Source: a virus
Reading direction: 5' to 3' (one strand)
IMG/VR virus record: IMGVR_UViG_3300013233_000109
Location: 8,895-72,894 of that record
DNA length: 64,000 bases
The position numbers and the translations under genes were made by a program. Under the pieces are notes generated by a model. The model was given only the letters and a program-made list of their open reading frames with translations. It searched no databases and was not told the origin of the DNA. Numbering within the stretch: the stretch's first letter is position 1; the number at the start of each line of letters is the position of its first letter. This document shows positions 22,101 to 31,953 of this stretch, piece by piece.

Positions 22101-25100
22101 CATTAACTTGCGATGTTATCTCAGACAAATCATTTAAACTAAAGACTGAAAATGATACTTCGTTTTCTGTCACAAATCCGGCTGTTGGTAACTGGATGTC
22201 TTCGTTGTTGCCTTTGCGCATTGGATATATGTTGTTAGTGCTATGTTTAACACTTTGATTAAATATATCACCGACTAATATTTGCTGAGAAGCAGCACTA
22301 ATTCCATTGGTTATTTGCACTGTTGACGGATTGTCGTTTAACTGGGTTTCGTCTAGCTGTACCTCGACATAGCCCCTGCTATTTGTTGCTCCGTATTCGG
22401 CACGTTTAACTGCCCAGTTTTCAAATATTTCGTAATCTGTTACTGCGTTGTTTATTGTTGTATTGCGGAATAAATCTAAACTACTTGCGGTTCCTTTTGA
22501 TTTAACAATATCTTGATAAACATTAACTTGCGATATATCGCTTAAATCTAAGCTAGTTAGGTATTCACGTGGGCGGAATCCAATTAACCCTAGTGAGAAC
22601 AAATCGTTGTCTTTTTCTAAATTAGCTGTTTTGCTATTATAGAACTGCAGCATCTCATTAGACTTAGTTGCTAAATTTGGCAGGGCACCAGTGGCTACGT
22701 TAGTGTAATCTATTTTAGCCCAGCTGCTTAAATTAAATAATTCTGATGGTGATACTTTTTCTAAAGCAGCATATACACTGTTTTTATAGCGTATCATCTC
22801 ACCTTTGTTATAACTACTTGTAGATGCCCATTCTGCTACATTATCATCATTTAACAGAAATCCCTGGGCATCTACTTGGCCGTTCCAATCTGTACTAGTG
22901 AATCCTACTAATTTAACTCGTGTTTGTCTAACCCCGGTGACCGGATCGTATATCAGATCACTAAAGATACTAGTGTTATCGAGTACTAATATATGCTCAA
23001 AACTAGTTAAATTAAAGTTTAAATAACTAATGATTTTGTCATTAATAGTTGATATTTTAAAGTTATTTTCAATTCTATCAACTACATAATCGCTTGGTAA
23101 TAATAATTGTCTGTTTTGATCTTGTGGCTGCTCATTTACTGCCATATTTAATAAGCTATCTACTACAGTAAACTCGCGTTCAAATTCAAGTGCTTCGGCT
23201 GCTGGATTTAAATTAATTATAGCACTATCGCCCCATCCTTGGTCGCTCCAGTATGTGAACTCCGACGCCATTGATGTCCAATTTACTTCGACGTTATTCT
23301 CTGTATTCTCAAAACGTAGCCCGCGCTCACTTAGGTAAGCTCCATAACTTATTATGAAATCTACCACAGCATGTTTGTTTGTAAATACATAACCATACGG
23401 TATATACGCAATACGATTACTAAATGTTTGTGGTATACGGATAGTAGTAGCATCGCGTGACGTATTGCCTACTACTATCTTTTTAAACTTTCCACCGCTA
23501 AGTGACTGTCTAATTTTAAAGTATGGATCTGTGTTGCTGTTGCCGTATACCGCATATCCGTCTTGTACTTTTTGTACTGTTATAGCCGAATATACTACTT
23601 CGTCAAATGGCTGATTTTTATGTACTAATAAATTGTAACTCTCATCTGGCAGCAATAACGAATTATTTAAACTATCTGGGCTACTTCTGTCAGTGAATAC
23701 TTTTAAATTGTCTTTGTCTGTGAACGCTGCCATTCTGTAACATAAGCTAACATCTAAATTAGCTAAAACGTTAGATAGTTCGGCTGAGCTATTATAACCG
23801 TAGAATTTGTTATAATCGATAATCCAGTTTACATAACTATTTTTATTTGTGGTACTAGCAATCTCTAATTCTTTAACATTTAATCTGCTTCTGCCATCTA
23901 ATAGATACTGATTGTGCTCTTCACTGAATTTATATCGATCTCTATCTGCGTTTAAACTAAAATATTGTGCTGGTTTTGTTAGCGATAATAAACGTTGAAC
24001 CGCAAATGGCCACGCACTACTTTTTCTGAATGCACTTTCTGCAGGACTTTGATCACCTACTTTCCAAGATTGCTGAAAATCAAACGCACTATGTGCTGCT
24101 ACTACATTCTCTAGCGGGGATAATAATCTACCTTCGCTATCAACTGGTATGATTTCTAATAATTGCGGGCGGATGTATTTTTCGGCAATATACGGAGCTA
24201 CCGGATCTTTAATTAATCCTAGTGCTAAATCGTCCCATAGTACTAAGTTACCGCTTGTATACGGTGCAGGGCCATATTGCTGCTGCCACCATATCGGCTC
24301 TAGCGATAATCCTAGCATCTCCCACGGGCGTGTATGCGGGGAATCAGTGTCGTATAAATGATTGTAAATACCGCGCCAGTTTCCCTTTAATATGTTTCCG
24401 TCTAATTTGTTTACTGATTTGCTGTAATTTTTAGTTTTGTCGTTGGTACTATCAAATGCTTGCGTTACATAATCTATTTTATTCCAGCCTAACCAGGATA
24501 CTAGCGATGGCGTTAATATTTCTGTTATTTCCGAGTCTGTATAATCAGTGGTGCGGAATTGTCCTGGGTTTATATCGTTGAACGATAGTGGTGTATCGCT
24601 GTTAACTTTGATATTATTAAAAATACGTTTCTCAAATTCTAATAATACATCATCGCGTATGTCATCGAATGCCACTGTGATACTACCGTCGTGTCCTCTA
24701 ATGACATTAACTGGTGTTACATAAGTGTCATCTAGATATTTCACTGGTTTATATTTTTGGTACATTCCCATTTTAGTAGGCGTACTTGGAATGCCTGATG
24801 CTACAGTGCTATTATACTCCATGAATAATATAACGTCGTCAACTACTAAATCTACTAAAAATGTTACGTTGGGGCTGTCTGCACTTACTGTGTAGTCAAT
24901 ATCTTTGAGCAATATAGTGTCATTTAGATAAACTAATAATGCTTTATTATTTGCTTGTGTAAAATCAAATATATTTACTGTGTTGAATGTTTCCGAACTG
25001 ATTGCAGTCACTAAGTGCTGTGTGGCTTCAAAATCTGTGCCGCTTGGAATCATGTCGCTATTATAAAACGCGCTTGTTGTGCTTTTTCCTACGTTGATTT

Positions 25101-28100
25101 CAGTTAATGCTTGCTCTAGTATTTCTGCCGATGATAATTCAAAGACATCGTGCTTGGCTACCCAGTCCACTAATTGATTTTTAAACTTTTCATAGGCGCG
25201 TGAACTGAATTTTATAGAATCGTAAAAATTATATTCATTTTTGCGTATAAATGTTGATGCTAATGCTACTGGTGCCGATTGCTGAATTATATTTAATCCA
25301 TATGACGGAACTTGACCTAGGTCTCGCAAATTATTGGCACCGTTGATATTACCACTAAAATCTAATATGTTTTGTGCTAACGTAATATAGTGATTCCGTA
25401 TTGTTCCTAGTGTTAATTCACTTGTATTTCCGTTAAAAACGTTCTGCGACAGATTCTGCGGCACTTGGTAATAACCGTTGCTGCTAGCGGTGTTGCTTAT
25501 TATTAATACTTCGACAGGTGTGCCGATTGCAATATTATTGTTTAACGTTATTAATGTTGAATCTGTTATAGATAATGTGTAGTTATCTGTTGTAACAAAT
25601 TGATTATCGGCAATCACTTTAATTGCAGGGGTCTTTAAATCAATGGTCGGAGTAATGTCCACTACTAGTGGCTTTCCTTCGTAAATATAATTAAATATTT
25701 GCGGGATATGTGCTATTTCAGCACTTCTGACCCACCCGGTATGCGATGTGTAGTCAGTTATTGTTTGGTATGTTCTAGCAAAGTGCTTGCTTAAATTATC
25801 GCTAGTGCTTGCAGTAACACTAACATAATCAAAACTATCAGTATATAAATCATTTTTAAATGTGATATCGCCTAGGTTACCGATATTTAAATACTTTAGT
25901 GGAAACCCAAGTACTGTATCATTTTGGCCGGCACCTATAGCATAACTAAATAATTTTGTGCCGATAAATGTCGATGCTGTGTACCGATCTCTATTAGCTA
26001 AGCTAATACCGTCAGTGTCGAATAAATCGAATAATGGTGGCTGATTTACTTTCGTTTTTTCCTGTGATGGTAACCACGTGCTGTTAGCAAATACATATGA
26101 TTTGCCTATTAACGTAGTACCGGAGGTTGTTAATATGTTATGTCCTTCGCTAGTGGCGCTGTCATCTGCTAGCGTTAATACTATTGTTTCATTTCCGTCA
26201 GCATTTAAATCCTCATATGACACTACGAATATTTTGTCTCGGACTGTGGAATCTGTGTCTGCTGCAAAAATAATGCGTGTATTATTTGCTAATTTATAGC
26301 CATCTACAAAATACCCGGGATTTGTTGCTAATCCATTTATATTGCTTAGCGCATCTGTTTCTGTAAAATCTATTACGTCGACTGGTGTTTTGCCTTGTGT
26401 GCCGTGATTAAATAGTTTTAAGTTGGCTTCAAATTCTAAGATAGGACGGTTGGCTCTAAAATTATTGTCTGTTACTACTACAGTATTATTATATTCTGCT
26501 GTTTTTGTTATAACATCAATGTGCGTCCAACGATTAGAACGTGACCACGCATTTCTGTCATTGCTAGCTTTGTTTATTGTTATATAATCAGATGTTAATG
26601 GCGCATCTAAACTGCCGTTATATCCTATTGTATCAAACGGTGATGCTTCGTAAGTATCTAGTATACTATCCGTAAATGGTTCTGGTGTGATGAATTCCGA
26701 CACTGGTAATAATTTTATTGCGGTTCCTACACCTTCGATGTAATATTCTACGTCTTGATATTCTTGTGGACTGGTTTGTCCTCTGAATTGTACTTTTAAT
26801 CCGTTAGTAAATACAACGCCGTTTGCTGATGTGTATACTTTTTTACCTAGTATCTCGTCAATGAATAATACTGCAGACTCATCTTGATCTACTATATTAA
26901 TCTTTCCAAACATTCCTGGATTTGATGAATCTTGATAATATAATGTATCTAGTGTTGCTGTTAATACAGGCACACGTTCGAAGAAGCCTTGGCTGTTTTT
27001 AAAGAAATCAACATTGCTGTATGTGTCGCCGTGTGTTATTGTTACTTTTTCTAATGTGTTAACTGTTTTAAACGGTAGTAAATCTACGTATGGATTTTCG
27101 CCGTTGATATCGTATACTAAATTAATCTTAAATATTTGATATCTATCATTCAGATTGTTTATTTCGCTAAATGTTTCAAATGTATTTGAATCGTAACTAT
27201 CATTATTAAAGCGTGTTTGATTTACCCAGCCGGTGTTTGTTCCTAATCCGGTGGTATTATCTAAAAATATTATTGTTTTTCCTTGTAAATCACCTATGTT
27301 ATTGATACCGTTAGTCAATGATGATACTAAAACATTATTAATGTCGTTATATTTTAAATCTGATGCTAGATCAACTGTTCCTATGTATGTTAATGTTCTG
27401 TAAAATTCTTGCGAGGTAACGTCTGGTACGTGAAATTCTAATATGCCAGCTGGTGTTCCGTTATTAATAACACCGTCTATGTCACGTGACGTGATGTTAC
27501 TAGCGTATGATGTGCTGCCAGATGTGCCTGGCTCGGTTTGAATATATAGATTTCCCGTTGATGTAAATGTATAATTTCCACTGCGAACTAATGTTATTGT
27601 TGGGTTTTCGCCTGCTATGTCTGCAATGTTATACGTGTTTGATAATGTGTTTTGATTAAAATTAAATTCATCACTTAAAAATATGTCTGTGGCTCCGACA
27701 TCAACACTATCCGGTCCTTGCGGCAGCCAGTAATACTGTGAGTAATTTACAAACTTGTCAAAATCAACAAATGGTGACCAACTGTATGTTTCGCTGCTAA
27801 ATAGTCTGTCGTGATTTTGTACATCGGCACCTTTTGTTTCTAATCCGTCAATTAACCCTGGGTATGTTAATACATCCTGTGTGTTATTGTTGCTGTCGTT
27901 AAATATAATTCCAGGTTCAAGTTGATAATTGGCTCTTGTAACGTCATTTTCTACTATATAAGTATCGGTGCTTGATACACTAGGTCCTGTGCGCTTACCT
28001 ACAAATCCTTGTGTGCGTTTAATCTTTGGTTCTTGTATTAATTGATCGAACGTTGATCCGAGAAACTTTTTATTAGTACTAGTTTGAAAGATCTCTGGAA

Positions 28101-28131
28101 GAAAATCTACACTGCGTATTCTATCAGCCAT
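16192..28131 (-). CDS. Giant (3979 aa) baseplate wedge/virion structural protein
   Basis: Single 11.9 kb ORF immediately after the gp6-like gene; FLPEIFQT start, SKGT motif, VKPYHT motif, and PG..YTEIPTITITG / GSGFTTTPTV repeats typical of T4-like wedge proteins. Confidence 0.8.
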   Translation of the reverse strand: MADRIRSVDFLPEIFQTSTNKKFLGSTFDQLIQEPKIKRTQGFVGKRTGPSVSSTDTYIVENDVTRANYQLEPGIIFNDSNNNTQDVLTYPGLIDGLETKGADVQNHDRLFSSETYSWSPFVDFDKFVNYSQYYWLPQGPDSVDVGATDIFLSDEFNFNQNTLSNTYNIADIAGENPTITLVRSGNYTFTSTGNLYIQTEPGTSGSTSYASNITSRDIDGVINNGTPAGILEFHVPDVTSQEFYRTLTYIGTVDLASDLKYNDINNVLVSSLTNGINNIGDLQGKTIIFLDNTTGLGTNTGWVNQTRFNNDSYDSNTFETFSEINNLNDRYQIFKINLVYDINGENPYVDLLPFKTVNTLEKVTITHGDTYSNVDFFKNSQGFFERVPVLTATLDTLYYQDSSNPGMFGKINIVDQDESAVLFIDEILGKKVYTSANGVVFTNGLKVQFRGQTSPQEYQDVEYYIEGVGTAIKLLPVSEFITPEPFTDSILDTYEASPFDTIGYNGSLDAPLTSDYITINKASNDRNAWSRSNRWTHIDVITKTAEYNNTVVVTDNNFRANRPILEFEANLKLFNHGTQGKTPVDVIDFTETDALSNINGLATNPGYFVDGYKLANNTRIIFAADTDSTVRDKIFVVSYEDLNADGNETIVLTLADDSATSEGHNILTTSGTTLIGKSYVFANSTWLPSQEKTKVNQPPLFDLFDTDGISLANRDRYTASTFIGTKLFSYAIGAGQNDTVLGFPLKYLNIGNLGDITFKNDLYTDSFDYVSVTASTSDNLSKHFARTYQTITDYTSHTGWVRSAEIAHIPQIFNYIYEGKPLVVDITPTIDLKTPAIKVIADNQFVTTDNYTLSITDSTLITLNNNIAIGTPVEVLIISNTASSNGYYQVPQNLSQNVFNGNTSELTLGTIRNHYITLAQNILDFSGNINGANNLRDLGQVPSYGLNIIQQSAPVALASTFIRKNEYNFYDSIKFSSRAYEKFKNQLVDWVAKHDVFELSSAEILEQALTEINVGKSTTSAFYNSDMIPSGTDFEATQHLVTAISSETFNTVNIFDFTQANNKALLVYLNDTILLKDIDYTVSADSPNVTFLVDLVVDDVILFMEYNSTVASGIPSTPTKMGMYQKYKPVKYLDDTYVTPVNVIRGHDGSITVAFDDIRDDVLLEFEKRIFNNIKVNSDTPLSFNDINPGQFRTTDYTDSEITEILTPSLVSWLGWNKIDYVTQAFDSTNDKTKNYSKSVNKLDGNILKGNWRGIYNHLYDTDSPHTRPWEMLGLSLEPIWWQQQYGPAPYTSGNLVLWDDLALGLIKDPVAPYIAEKYIRPQLLEIIPVDSEGRLLSPLENVVAAHSAFDFQQSWKVGDQSPAESAFRKSSAWPFAVQRLLSLTKPAQYFSLNADRDRYKFSEEHNQYLLDGRSRLNVKELEIASTTNKNSYVNWIIDYNKFYGYNSSAELSNVLANLDVSLCYRMAAFTDKDNLKVFTDRSSPDSLNNSLLLPDESYNLLVHKNQPFDEVVYSAITVQKVQDGYAVYGNSNTDPYFKIRQSLSGGKFKKIVVGNTSRDATTIRIPQTFSNRIAYIPYGYVFTNKHAVVDFIISYGAYLSERGLRFENTENNVEVNWTSMASEFTYWSDQGWGDSAIINLNPAAEALEFEREFTVVDSLLNMAVNEQPQDQNRQLLLPSDYVVDRIENNFKISTINDKIISYLNFNLTSFEHILVLDNTSIFSDLIYDPVTGVRQTRVKLVGFTSTDWNGQVDAQGFLLNDDNVAEWASTSSYNKGEMIRYKNSVYAALEKVSPSELFNLSSWAKIDYTNVATGALPNLATKSNEMLQFYNSKTANLEKDNDLFSLGLIGFRPREYLTSLDLSDISQVNVYQDIVKSKGTASSLDLFRNTTINNAVTDYEIFENWAVKRAEYGATNSRGYVEVQLDETQLNDNPSTVQITNGISAASQQILVGDIFNQSVKHSTNNIYPMRKGNNEDIQLPTAGFVTENEVSFSVFSLNDLSEITSQVNDIVDGSTIWVAKDNDYSWNVYRTKHINPEIIRVSDNLDGTITIDVNSPHTLVTDDKIIIKYVDPQINGAHNITSILSDYKIVIAGSLDAEQIEIENTGNIFLLTSSRVSTPSDIANSDLDNKLFSTDKVWVDTNDNLSHVYAKQDLYAESKTTQPPVINNNYGKIVAQGTGTTGAFVADDTTVYAYTKKATGLVLKEQFAIAAIDIKFNDTTAIVLTSTEIQIIARVESEKAIDYSLVETIPYANGEILALSADNRWFFVSNGIEVTGYNLNNILKYENKGTIPLTNVTAIDVSDNASQIVLGDNTDTVRVYSRVVERFVVEANMPSYTTLRNYSNGAIHINNIVTEDYIAAANVITLANPVVGDFLEVDINDYVEIATIVGTTGSSFGESVSLCNSQCSLYIGSPTDSTQNINEGTVTRYINTARMNGYIISNFTTSLTATDTIRINNIDVFVGTTLSDLVDNINAKNIPNVTSRLFNNQIMIELKNKLLTSLASKLDVLPGIGFAFSDLNFTVYDAAQIIRPPISEINANFGKIVEIDINKNHLLVSSAGTTQKLAPIDNRSTTFDGKSMRLVDAFEKSGAIYTYDILQDVTEFSAGKLAFGQQVYNTTVTSNSLYGNKATLVDGDIIVSTPGSHITLYSASSQARNWESIRSQQPQTDINMINAMYLYSNSSEDILSRLDYIDPLNGKILGAAQQNLDYITPTDPAVYGSATSGILWSKANVGQIWWDVSTVRFVDYFQKDVNVAANLWGSVFKGSSVDVYQWTESKVPPTLFAGDVLDTTNFVSLSEIKDTVIETTYYYWVKNGNTILTNSEKTLSPSAIASYIKSPSSSGIAYAAIINKNTVGLYNTKSKYIDNETVLHVEFDNVKNDANIFQEYELIRENHKTDFLPAGLYKKLLDSFVGADTQGNKVPDIKLNASERYGVNFRPRQTMFKDRLAALKNYILKVNAILITTPAAENKVYPLLKTEEPLPSPTTYDIKVQDLTELEFQNLALVPAGFKYLVVSNESVGGFWTIHEVTPAKILKLTRVQSFDTTRFWKTVDWYKTASSKSEKIQLTVQTINELDSVDFNVVTFVKVLDNSASKWELYQYSNNSWTRVAVQDGTLEFSAALYDYSLLRYGYDFEVYEVQKFDEEPLSELRNILKSINEEILTNDLKIERNILLISVFNYILSEQENVHWLNKTSLIDVNHKVRELLPYAVFNKDNQDYVIDYINEVKPYHTKIKDFKLSYTATDLNDNVITDFDCPSIYSAPYSKFISPVLDDGALLLTEDSNTLASDSIWSAYPHNQWFNNRQIIIDSIELINPGINYTEIPTITITGDANILPVAKARIDSDGLVTSIYIETQGSGFTTTPTVLIEGGNGLDATARIVTKNDLVRSFTTTIKYDRYEYNTNVYTWPLNEADYIKIEENASADRLARINSSSQISTGYDTAPFDTIAFDNISDEILVKYNSSVYTVNSGLLNINDEKFIPSQHTLVDIEELSGMDRTQGFYEPGANDKGLNIPMLINGLEYPGVQINGVDFNTIDGYDLTPYDFGKYDNVTLDNLGFPTFNENILDAEYASKFPGQNILDNTVYTNNEYSIVGYSDSLDEYNGTRPSDVDVVGGGFVDTYSSHAPEELVPGQMFDTLLLTVRTRFGTIDQGNFIEAPDARTVDFRYFQDMRGNYAHYTLHPTVEATLSSPLYASDEVIHVDDTSNLFTPVPSQGLFGIITINGERITYLNKTPTTLYGLRRGTAGTGTMITTPEQFTVNDTSITADNVLLTADAEAVPGASDTGHLAGSLIYNANRETQVPVKTTVLTALEFTVNDFIQEPAPRGKVRYSLVLPGFNGRTGKLSIKLNDAKFNRFQTKAVGTKPLDVKDPAASGFNRANLLPDIELSFIGDPGVFTPTDIMYIDIISYANSWYEINNLGFDPFNDNIVIINNIVINLAPPEEVGFGAEPYDFNVKIPRLEDQFSEQALFIKNEGI

Positions 28132-31100
28132 TTAATTATTACCTGTTTGTATGTTACTAGCAGTTAACGCATCAATTATGATAATGTCGTCTACTGTTGC
28201 GGCGCTTGTGAATATCTCATTTGGCTGTGATTTTATTTCATATAAATCACCAAATGAGTTTAATGGATCTTTTGATGTAATAACAATTGACGCTACTACA
28301 TCACCTAATTTAGTATGCAAATACGATGATAATTCACTAAAATAGAATGTGTCACCGAAGTCCCAAATACTTATGTCAAAATAATCATTAACTGCTAAAA
28401 TTATTCTGCTTTTAATCTCGCTGTCGCTTGTATTTGAATTTGCTACTTTAACTACTTTTATATATGCTTGTAATGCCGTAGCTGACTTGCTGCCGATGAT
28501 TGGCTTAAATTTAACACTGTTTAATATAACGTTATCGCTTATCATTCTATGTTCTTGTAACTTCCGATATGCTACTTGTAATGAATCAGATGATGGTACC
28601 TCCGGTTCTGACACGGTGTTAGTACTGTCTTGAATATATCTCGTAAATTCATCATAATATGCTGATGTTACTACATAGATGTCGATTATGTTAGATACAC
28701 CTGGATTAATTCTGCGTGTGTTTGGACTGTTGTGCTTATACTGAAATTGCACATTGCCTCTGCCGACTTTAGCAGATAAGTTTGTACGCTGCGTTAATTT
28801 AACTGTTTCGACATTGCTGAATAATTCGTAAAATGTTCCTTCACTGGTGGCGTAAAATACTTGGCCGGTTGCGTACTCGGTTTTTACTCTTGCTATGGCA
28901 TCTAATGTTGCGTATTCTGTGTTTATTGTGCCGGGCTCTAGCGGCAATGTACGCTCTAGATTATCAAAATCGATGGTGTCCTCAAAAAATACATTTTTAG
29001 TCTCAGGCGTTATTAGTGGTGACACAAAAGTATTAAAAAAGTCTGGGTCGTCTGCGATGCCATCACTATCGATATCTGCGAAACTTACTTCTAAATCGAA
29101 ATCATTAACGAAACCATCCGATTCAACTGATTGTGCTATGATATCTAGCGTAATATTGGTTGGCAAAGAACTGCTATTAAGCAGCGTTGGATCAGGTAAA
29201 CCATTTGTTTTTAGAATCTTTATATAATCATTTACTGTCTTTCCTTTCTTTATATCGAATATTTTTGTTGTTTCGTCATGGAAGAATCTTGTTTCTGATA
29301 CGCTAGCAAAGTGGTAATTTAGTGTACGCGCTGTTACTGTATACGTGTTTTCGCTAGCTATAAATTTTATTACCCAGCTACTTTCGCTACTAATCGCATT
29401 ATCGAATGTAGCAATAGATGATTCTGCTACGTTATTTAAATCAATTTCGTACCATGATGCTGTTTCGTTATTGTAGCCTAAGCCGAAATCTTCGTAAGCT
29501 TCAATTTTTAAAACTATTGAGCTTTCTATATCTGCTGCTATGTTGGAGTTAAATGGTAGTATAGATTCGACTGCTACTGCGCCGGTTGGCACAAAGTTGT
29601 TTAGTACCACCGGCCCGATGCCATCTGCTAAGTTACCGGCACCAAAGTTTGTGCCGTCAAATATTTGTGATTTTATACCGGCCCATATCTCTAATTTATC
29701 GCTCGGTGATGTCACTGGTCCTTCTTGTACTTTGTTATTCTCATCAAAATGACTCGGGACTCCAAATAATACAGGTGGTGTAAACTTTACTAACGCACCC
29801 GGTACTATATATTTGTTACTAGTGCTAGTATATGTACCTAGTGGCGTAGGGCTGCTATTTACATCACTAAAGAAACCAGTTGTTTCATTTGTTATTGTAG
29901 TACTTTGATTCCAACTTGTATCGGCTGCTACTGCAAATCTATTAAAATTAGCATAATAGAAATGTAATATACTACGCCCAGATATTAGCGGCTCGACTTG
30001 GTTGTTAATTACAGACTGAATATCGTTGCGGTCGTTAAACGTAAAATTAAATGATTTTTCGCTAGTGTCTTGGTATAATAGTCCGTCATCGCCAAATGTA
30101 TTAATGCTGCTAAACTTTCCTGTTGGATCTACTAAATCTAAATAGCGACTTGCTCCGATGTTACTTCTGTTTACTGCTTTACTTTTTATTATGCTGTTAA
30201 ATGTAGCAAATGGGAAGTTATTATAATCTTCGCCATTTACCATTCTATTTTGTGTGTAATAGCGGGCTGGTGCTCTGCGTTTAATATCACCGAGTGTTTC
30301 TCTATTTTTAGCATTAGAGACTGACACTGTTAAAGACACTGTGAATGTTGCTGTTTCTGTTCTTCCTGTTTTACTAATATAATTTAGTGCCACTTCGACA
30401 TTCTGTATCTCGCTTGTATCGATTACATATTCTAATCCGTTGCTGCTTCTTACTTGCGCTCTATAATTGCCAATTGGCTGTTCTGAAAATACTCCATCTC
30501 CAAAATTTAAAGTAATTTGATCATTTGTTCTACTAGTTAAGCTATATAATTTGCGTTCCGTGGCATCTGTTTGATCGTTATTAGAAGCATATATATTTTC
30601 AACTTGATTCCATTGTTCTATAATACCATTAGTATCTTTAAATAACCACACATCATTTTCGTTGATCCCTGATATATCAATATCAACTGATCTATTAGAT
30701 ATTCTATCACTTAGTGAGAAATCCTGTGTTGCTAATGTTCCTTGCTTAAAGAAGAAAAAATATCCTGTATTTGGACTAGCAAAACCTAAATTGTCATCTC
30801 TGAATAGTAAATTTAATGCTCCATTGGTTACTGGAGTTGGCTCGTATATATAATTAGTATTTTGTGAGGTACCATTGACTATTTCAAAATCCATTGCTAC
30901 GCCATCTACAGTGGAATTAAATGGTATTACTGGTAAGAATCCATCGGCCATGTTAATTTCATATTCGTCGGTTTTGACCCCAACTACTTCTTGTGAATTG
31001 CCTGGCTTACCTATACGCTGACTGTTTACTAATACCGCATTTAATATTGTTGCGAACTGTTCTTGCCAATCATCATTTGTTACATCATCCCATTTTATTG

Positions 31101-31521
31101 TTGTATTGCTAATGCTAAGCTGATTGTAGTCTGATAATTTTTCTGTAGTTTTTACAGATACTAACTTCAAATATCCAGCTGCTGATTCATTGCGCTTTGG
31201 CGTGTAGCCTACTAATTTAGCTAAACGCTCAACGCTGTCTCTACGTTCTGCTGTATCTAGGAAATTTTCACGGGTGTTTAAATCATTTCTGAATGATAAT
31301 GATTGCCCCATGAACGCCATTAAATCTAATATTGCTACAAATTCCGAGCTCTCAGTATAATCATTGAAACTCTCTGGGTGGTGCTGACGTAAATAATCAA
31401 CGAAGGTTTTGCGAATTGTTTCAAAATTATAAGACTGGAAATCTGCTTCTTTATACGTTTTGTATATGCGTTTCCAATCTTCTGTTCCGAAAAGTGCCGA
31501 CTGTCTTGATGTTGTTGCCAT
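28132..31521 (-). CDS. gp6: Baseplate wedge subunit (gp6-like)
   Basis: FNDY.ESS, ENFLDTAERRDSV..LAKLVGYTP, NFGDG, QNRMVNGEDY motifs. Confidence 0.88.
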   Translation of the reverse strand: MATTSRQSALFGTEDWKRIYKTYKEADFQSYNFETIRKTFVDYLRQHHPESFNDYTESSEFVAILDLMAFMGQSLSFRNDLNTRENFLDTAERRDSVERLAKLVGYTPKRNESAAGYLKLVSVKTTEKLSDYNQLSISNTTIKWDDVTNDDWQEQFATILNAVLVNSQRIGKPGNSQEVVGVKTDEYEINMADGFLPVIPFNSTVDGVAMDFEIVNGTSQNTNYIYEPTPVTNGALNLLFRDDNLGFASPNTGYFFFFKQGTLATQDFSLSDRISNRSVDIDISGINENDVWLFKDTNGIIEQWNQVENIYASNNDQTDATERKLYSLTSRTNDQITLNFGDGVFSEQPIGNYRAQVRSSNGLEYVIDTSEIQNVEVALNYISKTGRTETATFTVSLTVSVSNAKNRETLGDIKRRAPARYYTQNRMVNGEDYNNFPFATFNSIIKSKAVNRSNIGASRYLDLVDPTGKFSSINTFGDDGLLYQDTSEKSFNFTFNDRNDIQSVINNQVEPLISGRSILHFYYANFNRFAVAADTSWNQSTTITNETTGFFSDVNSSPTPLGTYTSTSNKYIVPGALVKFTPPVLFGVPSHFDENNKVQEGPVTSPSDKLEIWAGIKSQIFDGTNFGAGNLADGIGPVVLNNFVPTGAVAVESILPFNSNIAADIESSIVLKIEAYEDFGLGYNNETASWYEIDLNNVAESSIATFDNAISSESSWVIKFIASENTYTVTARTLNYHFASVSETRFFHDETTKIFDIKKGKTVNDYIKILKTNGLPDPTLLNSSSLPTNITLDIIAQSVESDGFVNDFDLEVSFADIDSDGIADDPDFFNTFVSPLITPETKNVFFEDTIDFDNLERTLPLEPGTINTEYATLDAIARVKTEYATGQVFYATSEGTFYELFSNVETVKLTQRTNLSAKVGRGNVQFQYKHNSPNTRRINPGVSNIIDIYVVTSAYYDEFTRYIQDSTNTVSEPEVPSSDSLQVAYRKLQEHRMISDNVILNSVKFKPIIGSKSATALQAYIKVVKVANSNTSDSEIKSRIILAVNDYFDISIWDFGDTFYFSELSSYLHTKLGDVVASIVITSKDPLNSFGDLYEIKSQPNEIFTSAATVDDIIIIDALTASNIQTGNN

Positions 31522-31578
31522 TTATTATATTCTCTTCTTAGTTAAATACTATTTATGAAGATGAATAAACGGCTCACT

Positions 31579-31953
31579 TTATACGATATTTAAAGATTCT
31601 GCGTTTTGGTCAAATACTAAAGACATATTCTCGACACTTTGATTAGGTAATACTGTTACTGCTACTTCTGCTATTACTGTATTATGTGATGATGTTATTG
31701 TTAACGATTCGAGATTTAATCTTGGATCGCCGTTGATTATTTTTGTAATTTCTGCTTCCACTGCTTCGAGAATCTCATCTACTAGTGGGTCAAATACATA
31801 GTTCCATATTTCCGTGCCTACATCTGGGCGGCCGGGCATACTGCCTGCTCTTATTAAGAAAGCATTAAGTAAATCTCGCTTTATTAAATCAAAATCTGTT
31901 AATGTGAATTTCTTTACTTGCCCTATTGTGTTTAATCCTCTGAATGTTGCCAT
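31579..31953 (-). CDS. gp25: Baseplate wedge subunit (gp25-like)
   Basis: LIKRDLLN...GS.PGRPDVGT..W.YVFDP...DPR motif and size. Confidence 0.85.
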   Translation of the reverse strand: MATFRGLNTIGQVKKFTLTDFDLIKRDLLNAFLIRAGSMPGRPDVGTEIWNYVFDPLVDEILEAVEAEITKIINGDPRLNLESLTITSSHNTVIAEVAVTVLPNQSVENMSLVFDQNAESLNIV

